From positions 1 to 64,000 of IMG/VR virus record IMGVR_UViG_3300046786_000128: a stretch of 64,000 nt of DNA; one strand, given 5' to 3'. The position numbers were made by a program, and so were the translations under genes. This stretch comes from a virus (Duplodnaviria; Caudoviricetes). Of this stretch, positions 29,742 through 39,306 are shown in pieces. The notes beneath the pieces were generated by a model, which was not told the DNA's origin, made no database searches, and saw nothing but the letters and a program-made list of their open reading frames with translations. Within the stretch, counting starts at the first letter, position 1. Each line of letters opens with the position of its first letter.

Positions 29742-29744
29742 ATA
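29739..29744 (+). promoter_or_regulatory. Putative late promoter core TAAATA overlapping the giant gene stop codon
   Basis: TAA stop extends to TAAATA; next ATG at 29770. Confidence 0.5.
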
Positions 29745-29769
29745 TAATATTAACAAATTAGAGACTAAA

Positions 29770-30411
29770 ATGCCAGTAACTCAAAACACTAACATTCCTG
29801 AAAAAAGACCCAACGAAGTAGGCGGGTTTAGCTTTGAAGGCCATATTAAAATATGGGAACCAGAGACAGGAATTGTCCATCAAGATAAACGCAACGCTAT
29901 TCATTATGAAAATATGAGTGTTGCAATGGTTAACGCCTTGTCAAATCAAGGACTAGGAACTGTATACGAAATGGTTTTTGGTAATGGTGGAACAACTGTA
30001 GATCCAACAGGGCTTATTACATACCTAACACCGAATACTGTTGGTACAAATACTAGCCTTTACAATCAAACTTATAAAAAGATTGTAGATCAAAACGCAT
30101 CAGAAAACGTAGATCCTGTTAGAAATAAAATGGAAATTCGTCATGTTAGCGGTGCTACTTATAGTGACATTATTATTAGCTGCATTTTAGATTACGGCGA
30201 GCCAGACGGGCAAGAGGCATATGATAACAGTCAAGATTTAAATGGCGATTTTGTTTTTGATGAACTAGGATTACGATCTTATAACCCGCTAGGCGATGGC
30301 AAGTTATTAACACATGTTGTATTTCATCCTGTGCAGAAATCTTTAAACAGACTACTACAGATTGATTACACAATCCGTATCCAGAGCTTAACAAGCTTCA
30401 CAGAGGTATAA
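29770..30411 (+). CDS. Conserved virion/baseplate protein, unknown function
   Basis: 213 aa in the structural operon; FDELGL and THVVFHPVQKSLNRLLQIDYTIRI resemble tail-associated proteins. Confidence 0.55.
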   Translation: MPVTQNTNIPEKRPNEVGGFSFEGHIKIWEPETGIVHQDKRNAIHYENMSVAMVNALSNQGLGTVYEMVFGNGGTTVDPTGLITYLTPNTVGTNTSLYNQTYKKIVDQNASENVDPVRNKMEIRHVSGATYSDIIISCILDYGEPDGQEAYDNSQDLNGDFVFDELGLRSYNPLGDGKLLTHVVFHPVQKSLNRLLQIDYTIRIQSLTSFTEV

Positions 30412-30414
30412 TAG

Positions 30415-32490
30415 ATGCCATATATTGTTAATTTTACAGATAAAGAAAATAAACTGCCAATTACAGTTTATGATAATACATCCAGCACAGATACTAGTTT
30501 AGTTTTTCCAGGACGAAATGTTACCGGTTATGGACAAACTATTGCTGAAAACTTTCTAGCATTGTTAGAAAATTTTGCTAAAGATACTGCTCCGGTTAAC
30601 CCAGTAGAAGGACAATTATGGTTTAATACCTTAGACGGTGTTCTACAAATTTGGGATAGTACAACCTGGAAGGCAGCATCTAACATTCAAAAGGGCGGTG
30701 TTGAACCCCCTACAGCATCTTCAGCAGTTGGTGAATTATGGGTTGATACAACTAATCAACAGTTGTATGTCTATTCAGGAACACGTTGGATTTTAGTTGG
30801 TCCTACATTTTCAACAGGATTACGAAGTGGTCCACTTGTTGAAGAAGTTATCGACTCCGATAACATTGCAAGAGTAGTTTTAATATTCTACGTTGAAGAC
30901 ATACCTGTAATTATTTTTAGTAAAGATGCATTTACTCCAAAAATTTCCATTACTGGATTTGTAACAATTAAATCTGGTTTAAACATTACAGCTAACGAAA
31001 TTGCGGATAACGGAGCAATAACAAAAATTTGGGGAACAAACACTTCAACTGAATCATTAACTGTTGCAGGCGTTGAAATCCCAGCTAGTAAGTTTTTAAG
31101 ATCTGATGCAGCTAATCAAACATTAGAATATGGTATCAACGTAAGAAACAACCAAGGTATTACAATTGGTGTTGACGGAACATTTAGTATTACAAATAGC
31201 GATACTGCTGCAAAGATTTATAATTCTAATCCAGGTAGTAGTATTGACTTACAACTTAACAAGGATGGTATTCCGTCTACAGTTTTACGAGTCATCAACA
31301 ACACAGTTGGTATCAATGTAGCAAGTCCAGACGAAGCACTCCATGTAGATGGTAATATTAAGACAAATGGATCTTTAATATTAACAGATACAACTATGAG
31401 TACTAATTTTAACAATGGTACTTTTAGAACAGCAGGCGGTGCAGCCATTACAAAGAATCTCTTAGTAGGCGATGGTTTAAAAGCATCGGGTATTAGTGAG
31501 TTTGATACAGTACAACCTTCAGTTACTGATGCATTTGATTTAGGTACAGTTCTTAAGCGTTGGAACGTTGTTAGAACAAAAACTTTGGTTGCAGAAACAA
31601 TCGAAGGTGTGTTAACAGGTAATATTGTTGGTAATGCTTCAACTGCAACTAACTTAAAATTTGTTACAACTTTTAAGATGGAAGGTGATGTAACATCGCC
31701 AAGTATACAGTTTGACGGACAGGTAGGTGGATTATCAAAGACATTCACTACATCACTAACATCCGGACTTATTAGCAGTAAGAGTGAACCGTCTCCTAAC
31801 GTATCGAAACCAACTGATTATGTACTTGTTTATAGAGGAACAGAAGGTCTACTCAAAGAATCTAGGAACGTATTTGTTGGAGACTTAGGAGTTCCAATGG
31901 GAGGAATTCTACCATTTGCTGGTAGCGAAGCACCATACGGATATTTGCTATGTGACGGTAGTGAAGTTGAAAGAACAAAGTACAGCGATTTATTTGATGT
32001 TATTGGAACAACATACAATGGTTCGATACCTTTAGTAGGTGTTAATACATTTAGACTTCCAGACTTGCGTGGTAGATTCCCATTAGGTCGAGATAACATG
32101 GATAATGGTGTAACAGTTCCTAACTCTACAGGTGGTTATGTTGATGCAGGCGGCGGCAACGTTGACAGAGTAGCAGGTACTGCACCTGACAACTTAGGCG
32201 AAGGTGGTGGACAAAGTTCTAACGCTTTAACAGTTTCTAACTTGCCAGAACATGAACACAGCATGAAAGGTTCAACAGGACAGCAATATTATGCAACTAG
32301 GGTTGATAGTGCTATTCCTATTGATACTGGTTCTTTATCTGATAAAGGTCCAACAACAGTTGGACAAAGTCAATACATTCCTAGTTCTGGTGGTATTAAA
32401 ACAGCAGGTACATTAGGACAACAGTTCTCTGTTATGAATCCGTTCTTAACATTGAATTACATTATTCGTTCTGGTCCAGCAGCATTCTAA
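30415..32490 (+). CDS. Tail fibre protein with phage tail collar domain (gp12-like)
   Basis: Shared fibre N-terminus; PMGGILPFAGSEAPYGYLLCDGS...FDVIGTTY...FRLPDLRGRFPLG collar motif; ends in NPFLTLNYIIR. Confidence 0.85.
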   Translation: MPYIVNFTDKENKLPITVYDNTSSTDTSLVFPGRNVTGYGQTIAENFLALLENFAKDTAPVNPVEGQLWFNTLDGVLQIWDSTTWKAASNIQKGGVEPPTASSAVGELWVDTTNQQLYVYSGTRWILVGPTFSTGLRSGPLVEEVIDSDNIARVVLIFYVEDIPVIIFSKDAFTPKISITGFVTIKSGLNITANEIADNGAITKIWGTNTSTESLTVAGVEIPASKFLRSDAANQTLEYGINVRNNQGITIGVDGTFSITNSDTAAKIYNSNPGSSIDLQLNKDGIPSTVLRVINNTVGINVASPDEALHVDGNIKTNGSLILTDTTMSTNFNNGTFRTAGGAAITKNLLVGDGLKASGISEFDTVQPSVTDAFDLGTVLKRWNVVRTKTLVAETIEGVLTGNIVGNASTATNLKFVTTFKMEGDVTSPSIQFDGQVGGLSKTFTTSLTSGLISSKSEPSPNVSKPTDYVLVYRGTEGLLKESRNVFVGDLGVPMGGILPFAGSEAPYGYLLCDGSEVERTKYSDLFDVIGTTYNGSIPLVGVNTFRLPDLRGRFPLGRDNMDNGVTVPNSTGGYVDAGGGNVDRVAGTAPDNLGEGGGQSSNALTVSNLPEHEHSMKGSTGQQYYATRVDSAIPIDTGSLSDKGPTTVGQSQYIPSSGGIKTAGTLGQQFSVMNPFLTLNYIIRSGPAAF

Positions 32491-32501
32491 GGTAAAAACA
32501 C

Positions 32502-34340
32502 ATGGCATATACAATTAATAAAACTGACGGAACAATCTTAGCTACAGTTGCTGATGGACAAGTTGATACATTATCATCTGACTTAACATTAATCGGTAAG
32601 AACTATAGCGGTTTTGGTGAAGCGTTAAACGAAAATTTAATTAAATTGCTAGAAAATTTTTCTAGCTCTTCAGCACCTGTACATCCAGTAAGAGGACAAA
32701 TTTGGTTCGATGTTACCGAATTAAAATTAAAAGTTTATAACGGCAACGGATTTGTACCAGTTAGTTCGGCTACTATTGCAGGAACTAGGCCATCTACATT
32801 AGGTGTTGGTGACCTTTGGTTTAATGAAATTGACAAGCAATTATATTTTTACGATGGTACTAACACTATTTTGTTAGGACCGGATTATTCTGTAAGTCAG
32901 GGTTTGAGCGGATTAAAAGTTACAAACATTCTAGATACATTAAATCAAAATCGTGTTGTAACTTATCTATATACTAACGGAATCTTGTTGGGCATATTTG
33001 CTAAAGATAGTTTTACACCAAAATTAGCAATTGATGGATTTAGCGGAAGTATCGAACCTGGATTTAATGCAGGAACATTGCCTGGAATTAAATTTAATGT
33101 TACAGCAACTAATGCAGACAAATTAGGAAATCAATCAGCAAGCTCGTATGTACGTAATGATACTTCAAACATTGTTAACGGACAAATTATTATCTCCTCT
33201 AACTTGGGTTTAATTATCGGTGATGCTAACCAAGGACAATTTCAAGTACAAGACGGTAACCTAATTATTGCGAACATTGCTTCTAACAAGAATATGGTTC
33301 TTAACGTTAGACGTGACGTTATTGCTGAACCAGCAATAGAAATTGAGTCAGCTTCTAGAACAATTAATTTGTATAGTGATTATCCTACTAGTCAAGTAAA
33401 CATCGGCGGCAATCTTACAATTGAAGGCAACTTAACAGTAAATGGTGATGTAGTAACTGTAAATACCAGTGTTATGACTATTGAAGATAAGAACGTTGTT
33501 CTTGCTAGACAAACAGGAGTAACTCCGACAGATTCGGCTGCTGCCGGCGGCGGCATAATTTTACAAGGAGCATCTAGTCACGTATTCCTATGGCATGATG
33601 TTGGACAGGCTGCTCAGGCAGCTTCAGCTGGAGCATTATCAGATGGTTATAACGATGCACTACCTCCGTTAGCAAGTCAAGCATGGACAAGCACTGAGCA
33701 TATCAATCTTGTATCTGGTAAAGAATTTAAAATTGACGGAGTTACAGTTCTTAGTGCAACTGCACTAGGAGCAAGTATCACAAGTATTCCGGGTGTAACA
33801 TCATTCGGTGCTCAGACACAATTAACTGTGGATGATTTGTTTTTCAACGATGCAGCTATTGAAGTTACTGCGGCAAATACAGATTTAACTTTAACAATTA
33901 ACGGAACCGGAACACTAAACTTAGGTGGTGCAAGAATCTCCAATGTTGACACTCCGGTAGCCGGAACAGATGCAGCAAATAAGGAATATGTTGATAGCAC
34001 AATTGAAACTCGAAGCCTTGCATTTAGCATGGATATTTCGGACGGTATTGCTAACTCCGGTATTGCAGCATTGCTAGAGCAAATAGCTCCAGTTGCTGAA
34101 TATAGAAACGGTACAATTGCACGTATTTTATGTTCTTTTGCTGTTAACAGTACAACAAACCTAGACATTAATCCGTTGCTAACAACAAGTTCTGTAGAAT
34201 TTGTAACCCCAACAGGTACAGCGTTCGGTTTAAACAACGTAAGTTTTTCGACAGCTACAGTCGCAGCGCCAAACTTAGCTATTTCTAGAACCGTTAAGAC
34301 GTTCCAGATTATTAGCAACGCATGGACATTTGTAAGCTAA
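32502..34340 (+). CDS. Tail fibre protein (paralog 2)
   Basis: Shared N-terminal module (GKNYSGFGEALNENLIKLLENF...GQIWFD); GNLTIEGNLTVNG beta repeats. Confidence 0.75.
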   Translation: MAYTINKTDGTILATVADGQVDTLSSDLTLIGKNYSGFGEALNENLIKLLENFSSSSAPVHPVRGQIWFDVTELKLKVYNGNGFVPVSSATIAGTRPSTLGVGDLWFNEIDKQLYFYDGTNTILLGPDYSVSQGLSGLKVTNILDTLNQNRVVTYLYTNGILLGIFAKDSFTPKLAIDGFSGSIEPGFNAGTLPGIKFNVTATNADKLGNQSASSYVRNDTSNIVNGQIIISSNLGLIIGDANQGQFQVQDGNLIIANIASNKNMVLNVRRDVIAEPAIEIESASRTINLYSDYPTSQVNIGGNLTIEGNLTVNGDVVTVNTSVMTIEDKNVVLARQTGVTPTDSAAAGGGIILQGASSHVFLWHDVGQAAQAASAGALSDGYNDALPPLASQAWTSTEHINLVSGKEFKIDGVTVLSATALGASITSIPGVTSFGAQTQLTVDDLFFNDAAIEVTAANTDLTLTINGTGTLNLGGARISNVDTPVAGTDAANKEYVDSTIETRSLAFSMDISDGIANSGIAALLEQIAPVAEYRNGTIARILCSFAVNSTTNLDINPLLTTSSVEFVTPTGTAFGLNNVSFSTATVAAPNLAISRTVKTFQIISNAWTFVS

Positions 34341-34344
34341 TGAG

Positions 34345-34350
34345 TAAATA
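34345..34350 (+). promoter_or_regulatory. Putative late promoter core TAAATA
   Basis: 15 nt upstream of the ATG at 34366, with GGGAG between them. Confidence 0.6.
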
Positions 34351-34365
34351 TGTAGGGAGCGAAGA

Positions 34366-36180
34366 ATGGCATATATAATTAACAGGTTTAGCGGTCAACA
34401 ACTAGTGGTACTAGATGACGGTACCTTAGATACTTCTACCAGCATAGGCCTGTTAGGACGTAACTATACTGGATACGGTGAAGTACAAAACGAAAACTTT
34501 CTATACTTACTAGAAAATTTTGCAAACGATGCACCTCCATCGAGGCCCGTATCAGGACAAACCTGGTATGATACAGTTACTAATTCTTTAAATGTATATA
34601 GTGGAACAGATTGGTCTCCAGTTGGATCAGCAATTGTTGCAAATTCTGAACCTGCTGGGTTTAATGGAAGTTTATGGTATAAACCAACAACTGATCAATT
34701 ATATGTATTTGAAGACGGCATTTGGAAATTAATAGGACCGGAAGCTGTTGAAGGTTTTGGGACAACAAAATTAAGAGCAAGAAGTGTATTTGATACATCA
34801 AACGTAAAGCATGCAATTTTAGAATTATTAGTTAATGGATCGCCATTAGCGGTATGTGCAAGTTCTGAATTTGTATTGAATGATTCAAATCCTATTGACG
34901 GTTTTACAGAACTATCATCGGGAATCAATATTAGTTCTTCTAAAAACTTTGTTGGAAGTCTAACAGGTAATGCATCGTCTGCAAGTAGATTATCTTCAAA
35001 TAAAACAATTAATGGTGTAGTATTTGATGGATCTACAAACGTAACTATTAAAGCAAGTACAACTAATCCATTAATTCGTGGTGCATATATATCCGGAACA
35101 AATTTTGACGGATCAGCACCGAATACTTGGTCCGTGGATGCTAGTTCGTCTAACATAATTGGTAAAGTAGTAGCTAGAGATAGTTCCGGAGATTTTGCAG
35201 CAGGTACTATTACTGCTAATCTAATTGGTGATGTTCAAGGAAATGTTACAACAACAACTGGTACTAGTAGATTTAATATTGTTGAAGCAGATCAATTTAT
35301 CGGTGCAACCTTATCAGGTAATGCAGATACAGCTAACAGATTTGCAACGCCAAGAACAATTAATGGCGTAGAATTTGACGGATCTATTAATGTAACAGTT
35401 CCAGTTTCTGGGTTAGATGTTACTGGTACACGACTAGCATATAATGTTCTAGAATCGAGATTAACTACACTTGGTACCTTAAACAGCTTAGATGTAAGCA
35501 CAACAGGTTTTATTACCATAGGTGGACCTAGCCCTAGTACAGCGGCATTAGCTGTTTCTGTAGACGGCGTTACACCGATTTTTACAGGTAATACAGGATC
35601 TATCCAAATTAATATGGTAGATTCTACACAGCCTGGTAATGTTTCAACATTTGCATTTGTTAATTCTACAGTTTCTTTAACTTCGGGCGGTCAAGCAGCG
35701 CCTGCTTTTATTCCTGATACAGAAAATAATACCAATTTAGGTATTACTACAAATAGGTGGAATAATGTTTATGCTAATTATTTCCATGGTATTGCTACAG
35801 CAGCACAATATGCTGACTTGGCTGAAAACTACCTAGCCGATGCAGAGTATGAACCAGGTACAGTATTAGAATTTGGCGGCAAATTTGAAGTAACTATTGC
35901 AGAAGATTCCACAAATAGACTAGCAGGTGTTGTTACAACAAATCCTGCGTATCTAATGAATAGTGAATGCAGTGGTGAATTTGTTGCAGGGATTGCTTTG
36001 CAGGGCAGAGTTCCGTGCAAAGTTAGAGGTAAAATACGTAAAGGTGATATGCTAGTAAGCGGCGGTAGCGGATTTGCTAGACCCTGCCAAAATCCAACAA
36101 TTGGTACAGTAATTGGCAAAGCACTAGAAGATTTTGACGGTATTTCGGGTGTAATCGAAGTGGCCGTGGGCAGAATTTAA
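34366..36180 (+). CDS. Tail fibre protein (paralog 3) with C-terminal intramolecular chaperone-like domain
   Basis: Shared N-terminus; GNASSA/GNADTA repeats; AQYADLAENY...GVVTTNP...GRVPCKV C-terminus (Peptidase_G2/IMC-like). Confidence 0.8.
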   Translation: MAYIINRFSGQQLVVLDDGTLDTSTSIGLLGRNYTGYGEVQNENFLYLLENFANDAPPSRPVSGQTWYDTVTNSLNVYSGTDWSPVGSAIVANSEPAGFNGSLWYKPTTDQLYVFEDGIWKLIGPEAVEGFGTTKLRARSVFDTSNVKHAILELLVNGSPLAVCASSEFVLNDSNPIDGFTELSSGINISSSKNFVGSLTGNASSASRLSSNKTINGVVFDGSTNVTIKASTTNPLIRGAYISGTNFDGSAPNTWSVDASSSNIIGKVVARDSSGDFAAGTITANLIGDVQGNVTTTTGTSRFNIVEADQFIGATLSGNADTANRFATPRTINGVEFDGSINVTVPVSGLDVTGTRLAYNVLESRLTTLGTLNSLDVSTTGFITIGGPSPSTAALAVSVDGVTPIFTGNTGSIQINMVDSTQPGNVSTFAFVNSTVSLTSGGQAAPAFIPDTENNTNLGITTNRWNNVYANYFHGIATAAQYADLAENYLADAEYEPGTVLEFGGKFEVTIAEDSTNRLAGVVTTNPAYLMNSECSGEFVAGIALQGRVPCKVRGKIRKGDMLVSGGSGFARPCQNPTIGTVIGKALEDFDGISGVIEVAVGRI

Positions 36181-36196
36181 TTCATGCTATTTACGA

Positions 36197-36202
36197 TAAA
36201 TA
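36197..36202 (+). promoter_or_regulatory. Putative late promoter core TAAATA
   Basis: 22 nt upstream of the ATG at 36225, with CGGAG between them. Confidence 0.6.
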
Positions 36203-36224
36203 ACAGTTATAACGGAGTTGATCA

Positions 36225-37979
36225 ATGGCATATCAAGTAGACAAATTTAATGGAACATTCTTAGTCTCTGTCGACGACGGAACCATTGATACTACCACCG
36301 ATTTGCGTTTTGTAGGTAAGAATTATGCTGGTTACGGCGAAGTACAAAACGAAAACTTTTTACACTTATTAGAGAGCTTTGCAAATACCTCAGAGCCACC
36401 TAAGGCTATTACTGGACAGGTATGGTATGATAGCGGTAATAAGAAACTAAAATTTTATGACGGTGCTAAATTTAGAACTGCTAGTGGTGCAGAAGTAGGT
36501 CCTACAGAACCCTCTGGTTTACAGTCTGGAGATTTTTGGTTTGATACTTCTACTGATCAATTAAAAGCATGGAATGGAACTGAATTTGTTCTTATTGGAC
36601 CTGAAACTGCACCGGATTTAGGTGCAAGTGCAGTAGTTTCACAGGTTGTAAAAGATACAAACGGCAACAATCACACCATTGTTAAGTTTCAATCAGGCGG
36701 CGATGTTGTTTCTATTGTTAGTAAAGACGCATTTACACTAAACAGTGTTATTAATCCTATTACAGGTTTCACTGTTATTAAGAAAGGTATTACTTTAGTT
36801 AATACAAACGGAACAACTGGAGTTACAAGCACTGATCATTATTACTGGGGCACAGCAAGTAATGCTGCCAGACTAGGTGGTTATGAAGCTAGTTCTTATA
36901 TCAGAACTGGTGAAATTGCTTTTGAACAAGAAATTAGCTTTAGCGATGCAGGTTTCACATTAGGTGATCAAAACGATATTCGTTTTAGAGTTGAAAACGG
37001 CGACGAACCTGTAATTGAAAACAGATTAGGTAACACCATCACAATGCGTGTTCGTGTTACAGATAGTGATTTAAGAAACGTTGCAATTTTTACTTCGTCT
37101 GCAATACTTCCAGGAAGTAATAACTTCTTTAATATCGGTAGTTCTTCTAGCAAATATGCAAATATTCATGCAACTACTTTTTTAGGAAATCTAACAGGCG
37201 ATGTAACAGGAAGCACAACTGGTATTCATAAAGGTAATGTAATTGCCGATGACTTAACAGTGTCTTTCAATGCTACAACAAAAACATTTACTGGTGCATT
37301 TTCTGGAACATTAACAGGAAACGTTATTGGATCAGTTACTGGTACAGCAACAAATGCCACTACACTTAATAGTCTAGTTGGAGAATTAGGCGCAGTAGCA
37401 AATTCTATCACATTAAGAGATAGTTCTGCAAATATTACTGCTACTAGATTTATCGGTATTGCTGATAAAGCAAACAGACTTAAGATTGATAACACAGCAG
37501 TTGATACAGATCCAGATTATAAATCAGCAAAAACAACAGCAACATCAAATACTATTGCAGCAAGAGATGGTTCTGGAAACTTAACGGCTAACCTATTCCA
37601 AGGTACTGCTACTGCCGCTCAATATGCTGACTTGGCAGAAAAGTATCTTGCAGATGCAGAATACGAGCCGGGTACAGTTGTTTGTATTGGCGGTGAAAAA
37701 GAAGTTACCGCTAGTTCGTGGGGTAAACGGGCAATCGGCGTAGTAAGTACAGACCCAGCGTTTATGATGAATAAAAATTTAGAAGGCGGCACTTACATTG
37801 CTCTAAAAGGTCGTGTACCGGTTAAAGTTATTGGTCGTATTAAGAAAGGCGACGATTTAATTGCAGCAAACGATGGTTGTGCAATGATGGCTGTGCCACA
37901 TGCAAGCGGTGTCTTTGCTGTTGCTTTAGAAACAAGCGATGACGAAGGCGTAAAAACAATCGAAGCATTGGTATTATAA
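36225..37979 (+). CDS. Tail fibre protein (paralog 4) with C-terminal intramolecular chaperone-like domain
   Basis: Shared N-terminus; AQYADLAEKY...GVVSTDP...GRVPVKV C-terminus. Confidence 0.8.
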   Translation: MAYQVDKFNGTFLVSVDDGTIDTTTDLRFVGKNYAGYGEVQNENFLHLLESFANTSEPPKAITGQVWYDSGNKKLKFYDGAKFRTASGAEVGPTEPSGLQSGDFWFDTSTDQLKAWNGTEFVLIGPETAPDLGASAVVSQVVKDTNGNNHTIVKFQSGGDVVSIVSKDAFTLNSVINPITGFTVIKKGITLVNTNGTTGVTSTDHYYWGTASNAARLGGYEASSYIRTGEIAFEQEISFSDAGFTLGDQNDIRFRVENGDEPVIENRLGNTITMRVRVTDSDLRNVAIFTSSAILPGSNNFFNIGSSSSKYANIHATTFLGNLTGDVTGSTTGIHKGNVIADDLTVSFNATTKTFTGAFSGTLTGNVIGSVTGTATNATTLNSLVGELGAVANSITLRDSSANITATRFIGIADKANRLKIDNTAVDTDPDYKSAKTTATSNTIAARDGSGNLTANLFQGTATAAQYADLAEKYLADAEYEPGTVVCIGGEKEVTASSWGKRAIGVVSTDPAFMMNKNLEGGTYIALKGRVPVKVIGRIKKGDDLIAANDGCAMMAVPHASGVFAVALETSDDEGVKTIEALVL

Positions 37980-37988
37980 GGATAGGAC

Positions 37989-38900
37989 ATGGCAATCGGT
38001 GATTTAATTTCAAATACAGACTATAACACAATCCGTAATAAGATTATTAATGTTATGTCCACAGGATCTGGAAACAGCGGGTATGGACAGAATACATTCA
38101 GTCTAGCTGTTGCTGAAGGAAACACTATAACTAAGGCACAATGGGACGCACTAAGATACGATATCTACAATGCCTTGATACACCAAACAGGTTCTGCTCC
38201 TAGTATTACACAAGTTGCAGCAGGTGATGTTATCCGTTATGGTGCCAGTAATCCAAACACACAATATTCTACATTGTCTGATACCGCAACAACAAACAGA
38301 TTTGACTTGGGAACAGGACAATTTGTTACAGATGCACTAGGATCTCAATCGACTTCAACATCTTGGTATCAGTCTAGAAGTGTTACAGCTACAGTTACAT
38401 TCAATACCGCAGAACAGGCTAGATTTTTCTTTAACGCTGGCGGTAAAATTAGATTTACTTCTACTAGAACAGGTGGTTCGAGTGTTCAACAAAACACAGA
38501 TTGGAGTAATTTATTGGCTTCAATTGGCACACAATCATTCGGCGGTGGAACTCCTGCTGTTAATTTCTTTAATTTAACTAGCAGCTATCAACAATTTTTT
38601 ACACAAGCATCAAGCAGTCCTTATGCAGCTAACAATTATAAGTTAGAAGCATTATGCAACGTTGCTAACAATTCTGCTGGAACAGCTAACGTTCTTACAT
38701 TTAGAATTACTTGGACTGATGGCTACTATGATCCAGGTCCAGAACCAAGTCCAGCACCTGATGATTTAGTTGATGGTACATTAACATTGACTATGGATGC
38801 TGTTAGGGCATACGGTGTTTTGCAGCCAACAGGAACTGCTGGTAGTTTTGTTACAATTGGTCCTGCAACAACAGTTATTAATCCTTTTACTGGTAGTTAA
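37989..38900 (+). CDS. Virion structural protein (fibre-associated), unknown function
   Basis: Thr/Ser/Gly-rich 303 aa protein after the fibres; AGGAC RBS. Confidence 0.55.
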   Translation: MAIGDLISNTDYNTIRNKIINVMSTGSGNSGYGQNTFSLAVAEGNTITKAQWDALRYDIYNALIHQTGSAPSITQVAAGDVIRYGASNPNTQYSTLSDTATTNRFDLGTGQFVTDALGSQSTSTSWYQSRSVTATVTFNTAEQARFFFNAGGKIRFTSTRTGGSSVQQNTDWSNLLASIGTQSFGGGTPAVNFFNLTSSYQQFFTQASSSPYAANNYKLEALCNVANNSAGTANVLTFRITWTDGYYDPGPEPSPAPDDLVDGTLTLTMDAVRAYGVLQPTGTAGSFVTIGPATTVINPFTGS

Positions 38901-38906
38901 TTTTTA

Positions 38907-38950
38907 CTCCTATTAAGTACCACATAAATAATGTGCGTATTTAATAGGAG
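38907..38950 (+). promoter_or_regulatory. 19-bp hairpin with TAAATA at the loop and the RBS in the stem
   Basis: CTCCTATTAAGTACCACAT (38907-38925) pairs with ATGTGCGTATTTAATAGGAG (38931-38950) with one bulge and one G-U pair; ATG at 38956. Confidence 0.75.
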
Positions 38951-38955
38951 ATCCC

Positions 38956-39306
38956 ATGGACGAACGTCTACAAAAAGCCTTAGATTTTTCCAACTACAGG
39001 CAAACTCTATCCATCCAACGTAAGACTCTTAAAGAGAAAATCAATGCCAAACTTACCTATGGGTGTAACGGTGGACTATTTAAAATTGATCGTTCTTTAA
39101 TTACTTTTGTTCAAATGTTAATTGATCAAGGCAGAACAGAAAATGTCCCGTTGATTGATGTAAACGAAAATCCAATTCTCATTGTTAATTTGAATGAATT
39201 TAGAGATGAAATTTTGGACAGATATTTTACAGCTACGTATGAATATCACGAAGAGTATCAAAAAATTAAATCTAGAAGAAGTGTTGAAAAATTATTAGAT
39301 CTATGA
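38956..39306 (+). CDS. Conserved hypothetical protein, possible tail fibre assembly chaperone
   Basis: 116 aa helical protein after the fibre genes; GGLFKID..LI.F...LID....P pattern is reminiscent of fibre chaperones (inference). Confidence 0.4.
   Translation: MDERLQKALDFSNYRQTLSIQRKTLKEKINAKLTYGCNGGLFKIDRSLITFVQMLIDQGRTENVPLIDVNENPILIVNLNEFRDEILDRYFTATYEYHEEYQKIKSRRSVEKLLDL

Noticed and set aside
30415-37979. Diversity-generating retroelement or invertible fibre cassette
   Set aside because: No reverse transcriptase or invertase in the window, no inverted repeats, and the shared tracts are short with differences at synonymous sites rather than adenine-specific.
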